Shown here: positions 28,571 to 36,933 of the stretch, in pieces
Layout of the letters: every line of letters starts with the position of its first letter
Position numbering within the stretch: the first letter of the stretch is position 1
Origin: Chloroflexota bacterium
GTDB lineage: Bacteria; Chloroflexota; Dehalococcoidia; GIF9; UBA5629
DNA: 64,000 nucleotides
NCBI GenBank assembly: GCA_016875875.1
Contig: VGOP01000003.1
Location: 98,687-162,686 of the forward strand
Reading direction: 5' to 3'
Position numbers and translations under genes: made by a program
The notes under the pieces: generated by a model
Databases searched by the model: none
The model's input: the letters and a program-made list of their open reading frames with translations, nothing else
Told to the model about the DNA's origin: nothing

Positions 28571-29815
28571 ATGAGCTATAAGCCACCGGTAATATTACCA
28601 AAAGGCATGTGGTTCCGCGGGAAAGTGTTAAAATATTTTCTCGCTATATTTTTGTCTCTGGCAGCATTGGTGTGTGTGGTTCTGGCATTATTCTACTATC
28701 AGAATATTCCTTTCATTCCTTCAAGCTCTTTCCAGACTATCGCTGATTTGATATCTAGCACACCTCTTCTGGTGGCACTGGCAATTCTGCTTATCCCGGG
28801 GGGCGTGGGGTCATGGTTCTTGGCCTACATTATTAGCAGACATGAACTTTTAAAGGACCAGATGGAGTTCAATGCCCAGCTTTTCAGCGCCACCACCGAT
28901 TCAATCATGGTCCACGACTTGAACGGCAATTGCATATACGCAAATGAGGACGCCTGCAGGTCTCATGGTTACGAAAAAGAAGAGTTGGTGCGGATAAATT
29001 TTTATGAACTCAGCGCTCCAGATTATGCCAATACCGTTGAGGCAAAGATTAAAGAGCTAATCGAAAAAGGCCAGTTAACCTTCGAGTCAGTTCATATGCG
29101 TAAAGATAATTCTTTAATGCCAGTGGAGGTAAAGAGCCGCCTTATCGAGTCGAGTGGCCGTAAGCTGATACTAAGTGTTATCCTTGATATTACCGAGCGC
29201 AAACGGACTGAGGAAGAACTAAGGCAAACTTCAGCGAGATTACAAAGAGCTATCGAGGGAACCATCAATGCTGTTGCCTTGACAACTGAAATCAGAGACC
29301 CCTACACTGCTGGCCACCAGCACCGCGTGGCCAAGTTGGCCTGTGTTATCGCCAGAGAGCTTGGCCTTTCCGAAGGGCAGATCGAAGGGATACGCGTTGC
29401 CGGGACACTGCATGATATCGGAAAAATATACGTGCCCGCAGAGATTCTCAGCAGGCCAGGCCGTTTAAGAAAAAACGAGATTAATCTGGTCAAGGACCAC
29501 GCCCAGGTGGGTTATGACTTGCTTAGCACGATAGAATTTCCCTGGCCTATTGCCCGGATAGTTTTACAACACCACGAGCGGATGAATGGCTCTGGATATC
29601 CTTTCGGGGTTTCTGACGACGACATTCTGCTTGAGGCACAAATAATGAGTGTGGCTGATGTTGTTGAGGCTATGGCATCTCACAGACCTTACCGTCCAGC
29701 TCTCAGCATAGAAGAAGCCCTCTTAGAAATCTCACAGCAAAAGGGTGTCCTTTATTCTTCAGAGGTCGTGGATGCTTGCATAAAAGTCTTCACCAAGAAA
29801 GGCTTTACCTTCTAG
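28571..29815 (+). CDS. Membrane-anchored PAS sensor / HD-GYP c-di-GMP phosphodiesterase
   Basis: Two N-terminal TM helices, a PAS domain, then HD-GYP: ...TLHDIGK..., HHERMNGSGYPFG. Start ambiguous (28514, 28571 or 28607). Confidence 0.8.
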   Translation: MSYKPPVILPKGMWFRGKVLKYFLAIFLSLAALVCVVLALFYYQNIPFIPSSSFQTIADLISSTPLLVALAILLIPGGVGSWFLAYIISRHELLKDQMEFNAQLFSATTDSIMVHDLNGNCIYANEDACRSHGYEKEELVRINFYELSAPDYANTVEAKIKELIEKGQLTFESVHMRKDNSLMPVEVKSRLIESSGRKLILSVILDITERKRTEEELRQTSARLQRAIEGTINAVALTTEIRDPYTAGHQHRVAKLACVIARELGLSEGQIEGIRVAGTLHDIGKIYVPAEILSRPGRLRKNEINLVKDHAQVGYDLLSTIEFPWPIARIVLQHHERMNGSGYPFGVSDDDILLEAQIMSVADVVEAMASHRPYRPALSIEEALLEISQQKGVLYSSEVVDACIKVFTKKGFTF

Positions 29816-30632
29816 TAACTTGTAAAGAAAATTATTTCCCTGTATAAAATTACGTGATTAGACCATTGGAGCACGGGCAGGGGATAAAAATCTCTTCACT
29901 TATTGGGGTAATGGTACGTATTGGTGCGTTGCGAGGTTCCATAAGGCCACTACTAATATCATGGTACCTGCTATTACCTTAAGCCATGTTTCCGAAATGT
30001 TGAGGACTCATACCGAAGAAAGAGGTTGTCCAAAGAAATTAACCGAACTATCTATTGGATGGTTGCTGCCCTAATAATTGCTTTCGGCATAGGGACAACA
30101 TTTTTATGGTTTCATATAAATAGCTTGCTACCAACTCAGCCAGTTCCGGTGACAACACCTTAACCTTATGTCCAAATTGACCCACTACCGAGATTTGACA
30201 AATCAACCCGAAATGTGCTATTATTATAAAAGTCCCAAGCAGTCAAGCTTAGACCTGGCAGGGACGGGGAGGCGGTGAAGGCTGGAAGGTGTGTGGTACA
30301 CGACCGGGCACAAGGTAAGCCAAAACCGAGAGGAGAGGCAGAGGAAAAGCCGGGGACAAGTGAGGTTACTTGGGACGTTTCTATTTGTGGAGACGAGAAG
30401 GTCAGTTAACTGCTCGCCTTCAGCTACCCACCTTACAATAAGAAATCCTAAATACTAACCCCCAGAATTGCAAACAAACTCGAAATCTGAATTCCTATGC
30501 AACGTAGGTGCAGGTATCAATACCTATACCAGGCGGATAGACTTATCAACAGCTTCGGTTTTTCAAATTTTTCATCCATTGATTGAAAGGCATGGCTTCC
30601 CAGTGGTAAAGTAAAGCCAATCTGGCATAGCT

Positions 30633-31427
30633 ATGAAGATGTTTGCGATGAAAAACATTTTTGAGCGAATAAACACAACGTTCAGAAAAGCACTATCTAA
30701 AAGAGGCTCCATCTATTTTAATTATGCGGATGTCCTTTTTAAGTATCCTTGGCTGTGCTTACACAACACCTGCCTCATCTTAAGGTCAAAGCTATCTAAT
30801 GGCGCAATAGTTCACATTATAGGAGATAGCCATGTTAGGCCATTTGTGTTCAGAAGCCCTTTCATCATACACCACATATCACAGGCGACAGCATACAATC
30901 TTAATAAAGACAACAGCTTTTCTCAGTCAAAGAAATACCTGAACTCATTCCTGCCGCGAATAAACAGAGAAAGGGACGTTTTGCTTTTGGTTTTCGGAGA
31001 AATAGATGCCCGGGTTCATATTTACCTGCAATATAAAAAGCACAATGAGAAAGTGAGTATCGCGAAAATTGTAGAGGCTACTGTAGAAAAATATGGAGAG
31101 GTTATCAAGAGATTGAGAGATGACGGATTCGCCGTATGTGTTCATGGCATCCCACCGGCGGCAAGGAAGCGGTTTGTGTCTGACTTGCCTTTTCTGGGAA
31201 GTCCGGAACAGAGGAGTGAAATATCCAGAGAATTTAACGAGAGGCTTGGACAATTTTGCCAGATGAATGGCATTCCTTACATAGATGTGCAATTCATCTC
31301 AGCCGATGGAAACGGGTTCATTAAGAAGAAATATCTCGCTGACGAAGTACATCTCAACGGTAGAATAGTCTCTTTTGCTAGGGAAAGAATAGTCGCAGCA
31401 TTCAGAGATAGTAAGAATTTCAACTAG
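30633..31427 (+). CDS. SGNH/GDSL-like hydrolase family protein (hypothetical), markedly AT-rich gene
   Basis: HIIGDSHVRPF (GDS(H) block I) and C-terminal DEVHLN (DxxH catalytic block). Codon usage and GC clearly lower than neighbours. Confidence 0.5.
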   Translation: MKMFAMKNIFERINTTFRKALSKRGSIYFNYADVLFKYPWLCLHNTCLILRSKLSNGAIVHIIGDSHVRPFVFRSPFIIHHISQATAYNLNKDNSFSQSKKYLNSFLPRINRERDVLLLVFGEIDARVHIYLQYKKHNEKVSIAKIVEATVEKYGEVIKRLRDDGFAVCVHGIPPAARKRFVSDLPFLGSPEQRSEISREFNERLGQFCQMNGIPYIDVQFISADGNGFIKKKYLADEVHLNGRIVSFARERIVAAFRDSKNFN

Positions 31428-31444
31428 AGACTCAAGCTACCGCG

Positions 31445-32302
31445 CTAAAAAGCTGTCACCGGTTCGAGCTTGGTCTCCGGGTAAATCTGCTCTGGTTTTG
31501 GTGGCATGGGGCTATAGACCCACTTGACTGAGATACTACCGCACTGGATGCCACCTATCCGTTGTATTCCCTGGTAGGTTCCCCGCAGCAGGACGTCTTC
31601 CATATCGAAGGACATGCAGAAGAAAGCGACAGTCGTATTGATAGGTATTGCCCTGATATCTTCATTAAATGCTGAAGCTGCGAATATCACATGCTCGTTG
31701 TCGGAGGTCTGGGCTTGAATTACCGGGATAATCACAGGATAGCCATCTTTGCCGACATAAGCTAGGAATTTGAGGTTCGCAATTTTATCTATAAGTTGCC
31801 GGGTCCACAAGTTGAGGACTTCCTTTCTCCCCTTCTTGCGGGATATCATTTTTGCCACCAAGGTCTTTAAGGCTGCCTGTATAATGCTGCCCATCGGGAG
31901 AGGCTCTTTACCATACTGTTCGACCAAATCAAGGTAATAAACCGTATGTATGCCGAAATAGGCGTTGTAGCGGAACATAGGCAGATTGTTGAACAAGTCG
32001 AATTCTTTGCCGCTTCTTTCGGTGTGGGTAAATTTCGCCTTACCACGCCAGGTGTTCCTGTCCAGCGTCAGAATGAGAAAGCTGACCTTTGGGTTTTTCC
32101 TGATGTTGACTTTGCTCAATCCCTCAGCGAACTGACCAAAGACAACCTCCGTGGGTGAACTAGCTCGCAGCGTGGAGATTAAAGTTAGATGAGGCAGACC
32201 TTGTTCATTTATCGTGGCAAGCAGTCCCACCTTCATCTCGGGTTCGAAATCTTTTATGTCTGATTCTGAAAAGGATTTGTAGATGTTTCTTTGATTGCTC
32301 AT
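31445..32302 (-). CDS. Tandem FMN-binding split-barrel (pyridoxamine 5'-phosphate oxidase-like) domain protein
   Basis: Two repeats of a PNPOx-like pattern (GLLATINEQGLPHLTLISTL...NIRKNPKVSFLIL; LAYVGKDGYPVIIPV...VIFAAS). Start moved to ATG (MSNQRN...). Confidence 0.45.
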   Translation of the reverse strand: MSNQRNIYKSFSESDIKDFEPEMKVGLLATINEQGLPHLTLISTLRASSPTEVVFGQFAEGLSKVNIRKNPKVSFLILTLDRNTWRGKAKFTHTERSGKEFDLFNNLPMFRYNAYFGIHTVYYLDLVEQYGKEPLPMGSIIQAALKTLVAKMISRKKGRKEVLNLWTRQLIDKIANLKFLAYVGKDGYPVIIPVIQAQTSDNEHVIFAASAFNEDIRAIPINTTVAFFCMSFDMEDVLLRGTYQGIQRIGGIQCGSISVKWVYSPMPPKPEQIYPETKLEPVTAF

Positions 32303-32313
32303 TTCTCTATCTC

Positions 32314-33348
32314 CTATGAATCTTCCACTTTTGTGGCGCCAGTGACACTCACAATTTCCGGGTCCATGCCGGATAGTTTGGCACATTGTTCCAGTTCACG
32401 CACCGTGTCTTTGCCCATAAGCGGCATATTGGCATATTCCCAGGCGATACCTAGTCTGCGGTACTTATCGCGACAGAGATTGTTAAAGGCGCACAGTTCC
32501 CATCGCTCGACGACGCCCTGAAGGTTTTTGGCGATGAAAGCGCCGAGGCTGGTGATGTTATCACATGTGGCTGTTGCTTCAGGAATGAGTGGTGTTCTAA
32601 TCCACAGTACTTTTTCAGGAGCCCTATTCAGGATATAGTCACGAATATATAGAAGGTTGTCGAAAATCCTCTGGTTATACTGCCCGGTGAAATTGTAGTG
32701 CTTTTCTAGTTCTGCTTCCTTCAAATCAAACAGAACGATATCGGTATAGGGCAAAACTTTTTCCAGAGACCCGCTGGGACAAACGCCGCAGGTATCAAGA
32801 GCGGTGTTGATTCCTCTTTCCTTGAGGCGGCGGAGCAATGCAGCGGCAAAACCAGGTTGCATCATAGGTTCTCCACCGGAAAGGGTGACACCGCCGCCCG
32901 ACTTCTCAAAATATATCTGGTCTTTGAGCAACTCATCGAAAAGCTCAGCCAGGCTGACTCGCCTGCCCAGAAGCTCCATGGCATTCGCCGGACAGGCTTC
33001 AGCACATTCCCCACAGCCGTTGCAAACTTCGCGGTCAATCACAACTCCCTGTTCTGTCTTGCACAGACAACCTAGGAGGCATACTTTGATGCAGGTACCG
33101 CAGCCGATACACTTGTTTTCCAGCCACTGTATCTGTGGCTCTATCGATATGCTTTCGGGGTTGTGGCACCACAGGCATCTTAGCGGGCATCCCTTGAAGA
33201 ATACCGTGGTGCGTATACCGGGCCCGTCTTCAGTGGAGAACCTCTGCAAGTGCAGTATCAGCCCACTCTGGCTCTTGTCTATACCTTCCAGGGCTGCCTC
33301 TTGGGTTACCACCCGGTCATCAGATATAACGGTCTTTTTGCTTACCAT
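32314..33348 (-). CDS. Glycyl-radical enzyme activating enzyme (radical SAM; with two auxiliary ferredoxin-like 4Fe-4S motifs), AE1
   Basis: CPLRCLWCHNPES radical-SAM CxxxCxxC, plus CIGCGTCIKVC and CNGCGECAEACP. Confidence 0.85.
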   Translation of the reverse strand: MVSKKTVISDDRVVTQEAALEGIDKSQSGLILHLQRFSTEDGPGIRTTVFFKGCPLRCLWCHNPESISIEPQIQWLENKCIGCGTCIKVCLLGCLCKTEQGVVIDREVCNGCGECAEACPANAMELLGRRVSLAELFDELLKDQIYFEKSGGGVTLSGGEPMMQPGFAAALLRRLKERGINTALDTCGVCPSGSLEKVLPYTDIVLFDLKEAELEKHYNFTGQYNQRIFDNLLYIRDYILNRAPEKVLWIRTPLIPEATATCDNITSLGAFIAKNLQGVVERWELCAFNNLCRDKYRRLGIAWEYANMPLMGKDTVRELEQCAKLSGMDPEIVSVTGATKVEDS

Positions 33349-33369
33349 ACTTATACTTAAGCAGCCTTA

Positions 33370-35901
33370 TCAAATCTGGTGGCTTTCACGAGCTATAATC
33401 TCATTCTGCAGCTCTCTGCCTATGGCAGTGAAGTAGGCGTTATAGCCAGTAACGCGAACTAATAAATGCCGATAGTTCTCCGGGTGTTTCTGGGCATCCC
33501 GCAGTATATCTGCGTTAATCATGTTAACCTGGAGACAGGTGCCTCCGTTTTCCACATAGCCGCGCAAAAAGGCCTTGAACTTGCTCTTGTGCTCAGGGTC
33601 GCGGATAAGCGATGGGTTGAAGGTCATGGTATGACTGGCACCATTTGGCAGCAGGTTATAATATTCCAGCCAGTCACCATTGCCTTTGGGGTCTTTGCCA
33701 CCGATAACTTTCCCCACCGAGTTGACATTAGCTGTCGGCCCATTAATGTCAGCACCGTTTGAGGGACAGATGGCGTTTGACAGGAATTTGCCCTTGGGTC
33801 TGCCATCAGGACTTGCTGACAAAACATATCCATCGGAAATCCAGTAATTCCAGCTCAGCATGCCGGGCCGGAACTGCTTACCCGTGGGCTTGGACTTGTA
33901 TTTCCAGGTCTCCTGTGTCCACAGGCCCATCACCTTCTTTCCCAATTCATCGGCAACATCATCATCCCTGCCGTATTTGGGCGCTTTATTGAGGGCTTGG
34001 GCTTGCAGCACTTCATGGCCTGTCCAGTTAGCTTTCAAAGCATCAATTAACTCCCTCATGGTGCAAATATTCTTATCGAACACCAAATATTTGACTGCCA
34101 GCAGGGAATCAACCGTAGTGCCATAGGTCACCGCCTCCAGCGTGACAAAGCTGAGCTCGGCGCCGCCCTCATTGATGTCCTTACCCTTCTCGGCACATCC
34201 TTTGACCAGACAGGATAGATAAGGCGTTGGCAGAAACTTTGCCCGCACCTCGTCGGTTCTCTCGTAGAGCTCGGCAATCTTCTTGACGATATATTTTGTC
34301 TGGGCAACATAGGCATTCCAGAACTCCTCCCAGGTCTTGAAGGTCTCTGCATTGCCTGTATCGGCTCCCCACAGTTTACGAGGCTCCGTTTTACCCGTCA
34401 TCGGGTCGGTGTGGGGAATCAGGTCATATCCACCGATAAGTGCCAGCTCGACCGCTTTCAGGAGATTGAGGTTAATATCAACAGTACCAGAGCGGTCATT
34501 GCCGCACATCGTGTTTTCCAGACAGCCAACAGGGGCGTAATCATGTACATTGTCTTTATTAATGAGATGCTCAACGCCGGCTTTCTTGGCTTCCAGCATC
34601 ATTCCGGCAATGGAACGCTCGTCGAAGTTTATGAGGAACGGTGCTCCCTGGCTTGAGGAAATCATATCTATGACCTTGTCATAGAGCTTGTTGGGGGTGT
34701 TTCTGTGCAGTCTAACATTTGGCTTTGGCTCCAGAATGGGGGCCAGTTCATCTATGACCTCAAGCATAGCATAGGTAAGGTCATTGGTCATATCCTTGCC
34801 GCCGGGCCCCATGCCCGAGAGGGTAACAACCTGACCGAAGCCGGAGGTGATACCCTGATTGCCCCCGGTGCGAATCATGGCATCATAGGCTGTATTGGAA
34901 TGAATCCAGAAGCACTTCAATATCTCTTTGCCGAATTCTCTATCCATACCTTCATTGATGGATTTCTGCCACAGTTGGTACAGATATTGGTCTATTCTGC
35001 CGAAGGAGAGGCCGGGGCCAGGATAACTTTCATCGCTCATGACCAGCATGTGGGTCAGCCACAGAGACTGTACCCCCTCCCAGAATGTCCGCGCTGGTTC
35101 CCAAGGTACCCTCTTAAGCATTTCTGCCATTTGGAGCAGCTCACTTTTCCTGGTCTTATCAGTCTCTTTAGCAGCGAGACCAGTGCATACCTGGCTGTAT
35201 TTTGCTGCCACATCTCGAGCCATTGTGGCAGCGGTCAGCATAGCCCTGAGCTGTCCACCCTTTTTGCCTTTCTTACCACTTGAAGAAAGCGTTTCATGGT
35301 GCTTGTTGATATCGGCAAAAATGCTCTTCCAGCCTTTTTCAACTGCTGTTCCGTAATCGGGGATAAGATGGCCGCTGGTAGCTCCTACGTTTCCATAGCC
35401 ATGGTCATGAAACCATAAGATGGCGGCTCGGGCTCCGTTCTTGCCATAGACCAGCTTACGGTACTGTCTAGCCTCCTCTTTGGTGAGGCAGGTGGAGGCT
35501 TGTAAGTTGAAGCGTCCGCCAGCAATGAGGTCACCGGGCAAAATCTCGTGCGGCAGATAGTTCACCATCACTTCTCTAACAAACCAGGCAAGGCGCTCGG
35601 GCAGACTCCAGTTCCAGAAATCGGGGTGTAGCTTCACCTTTCTCGCCGTCTGCTTGAAGGCACCGGTGAAGGTTGAGAAAAAAGTGTAAGTCTCGGGCAC
35701 GATATAGTACTGCCCTTCGCGGAACTGGAAGTCCCACGGTGTTCCCGTGGTCCAGCCGGTAAATTCATTGTTCCACTTCCGTTTAAGGCCCTGGAAGTAA
35801 TAGTCGCGAAGCCATTTAATTCGCGGCGACAGGTTCTTCGGTTCCTTAATGGCGAATTTCGGTTTTTCAGGTATAGCTGTGGTCATAGTCTCACCCTCCA
35901 T
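33370..35901 (-). CDS. Glycyl radical enzyme, PFL2/glycerol-dehydratase/eliminase clade (GRE1, 843 aa)
   Basis: C-terminal glycyl radical motif RVTGYNAYF; single active-site Cys in a GCLE (GCxE) context. Confidence 0.85.
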   Translation of the reverse strand: MEGETMTTAIPEKPKFAIKEPKNLSPRIKWLRDYYFQGLKRKWNNEFTGWTTGTPWDFQFREGQYYIVPETYTFFSTFTGAFKQTARKVKLHPDFWNWSLPERLAWFVREVMVNYLPHEILPGDLIAGGRFNLQASTCLTKEEARQYRKLVYGKNGARAAILWFHDHGYGNVGATSGHLIPDYGTAVEKGWKSIFADINKHHETLSSSGKKGKKGGQLRAMLTAATMARDVAAKYSQVCTGLAAKETDKTRKSELLQMAEMLKRVPWEPARTFWEGVQSLWLTHMLVMSDESYPGPGLSFGRIDQYLYQLWQKSINEGMDREFGKEILKCFWIHSNTAYDAMIRTGGNQGITSGFGQVVTLSGMGPGGKDMTNDLTYAMLEVIDELAPILEPKPNVRLHRNTPNKLYDKVIDMISSSQGAPFLINFDERSIAGMMLEAKKAGVEHLINKDNVHDYAPVGCLENTMCGNDRSGTVDINLNLLKAVELALIGGYDLIPHTDPMTGKTEPRKLWGADTGNAETFKTWEEFWNAYVAQTKYIVKKIAELYERTDEVRAKFLPTPYLSCLVKGCAEKGKDINEGGAELSFVTLEAVTYGTTVDSLLAVKYLVFDKNICTMRELIDALKANWTGHEVLQAQALNKAPKYGRDDDVADELGKKVMGLWTQETWKYKSKPTGKQFRPGMLSWNYWISDGYVLSASPDGRPKGKFLSNAICPSNGADINGPTANVNSVGKVIGGKDPKGNGDWLEYYNLLPNGASHTMTFNPSLIRDPEHKSKFKAFLRGYVENGGTCLQVNMINADILRDAQKHPENYRHLLVRVTGYNAYFTAIGRELQNEIIARESHQI

Positions 35902-36006
35902 TCAATAACTAAGTCGTCTTGTAAACCATCAGTGAATTAGCTGCTATGGTGGAAAAACTATATCATAAGCAGGCTAAAACTACCAACCACCTGCTTCGCT
36001 CTTTAC

Positions 36007-36933
36007 CTAGTTCCCAACCACCTCAAAATCTTCGAATATAGCCAGACACTCTTTCACGCGTGACCGTGACATCCAGGTGGTCATTTTCGTGTCTTCGGTG
36101 TAGCTGTTGTGAACACCAAGCTTTTCTGATTTCTCAATCCATAAGGGATTGTAGTGGAGCAGGGCCACTTTTCTAACCTTATTTCCCTTCAAAAATGAGG
36201 CAACCGCTTCCAAATTCTCCCGCCTATCGGTGATGCCAGGAATAAGGGCAATGCGGGGTAAAATTTGAACACCGTCCTTTTTTTGGGAAGCCTGGTACAG
36301 CTCCTTGAAGTTATGCAATATACGCTCGTTGCTCACCCCGCAATATCTTTTGTGCTCCTGTGGCTCGATTAGCTTGATATCATAATAAATCGAGTCCAGG
36401 TAGGGGTACAGCAATTCGAAGAAGGCAGCGCAATCGAAGTGGCCACATGTTTCAATCAGCGTCTGGATATTGAGTGACCTCAGTTTTTTTAACAGGTCCG
36501 CAGTAAACCTCATAAATAGTGTCGGCTCCCCGCCTGACAAGGTTACGCCTCCACCCGAGGTAACAAAAAAGGGAACGTCCTTTGTTATTGTCTCGATGAC
36601 TTCTTCGATTTCCATGTCACGTCCTACCTTTGTCACGGCATCGGCAGGACAGACCTCGGCGCATTTGAAACAGAGAGTGCACTTGTGTCGGTCAATGAAA
36701 TCTGGGTTATCGCGTGAAAGCGCCTCGGGTTCACACACGTTTATGCAACTGTTGCAGCCAATGCATTCTTTTCTATCCCAGCCTAGTTCATGCCCCACAT
36801 ATTTGCATTCGGGGTTGTGGCACCAAACACAGGAAAGTGGGCATCCCTTAAAGAAGATCACCGTACGTATGCCCGGCCCGTCATCGAGCGAATTGCCCTT
36901 TATATCAAGGATGAGAGGTTTCTTAAATCCCAT
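36007..36933 (-). CDS. Glycyl-radical enzyme activating enzyme, AE2
   Basis: CPLSCVWCHNPE plus CIGCNSCINVC and CTLCFKCAEVCP. Start moved to ATG (MGFKKPLILDIKG...) giving a short overlap with the GRE2 stop; the track start lies within GRE2. Confidence 0.85.
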   Translation of the reverse strand: MGFKKPLILDIKGNSLDDGPGIRTVIFFKGCPLSCVWCHNPECKYVGHELGWDRKECIGCNSCINVCEPEALSRDNPDFIDRHKCTLCFKCAEVCPADAVTKVGRDMEIEEVIETITKDVPFFVTSGGGVTLSGGEPTLFMRFTADLLKKLRSLNIQTLIETCGHFDCAAFFELLYPYLDSIYYDIKLIEPQEHKRYCGVSNERILHNFKELYQASQKKDGVQILPRIALIPGITDRRENLEAVASFLKGNKVRKVALLHYNPLWIEKSEKLGVHNSYTEDTKMTTWMSRSRVKECLAIFEDFEVVGN

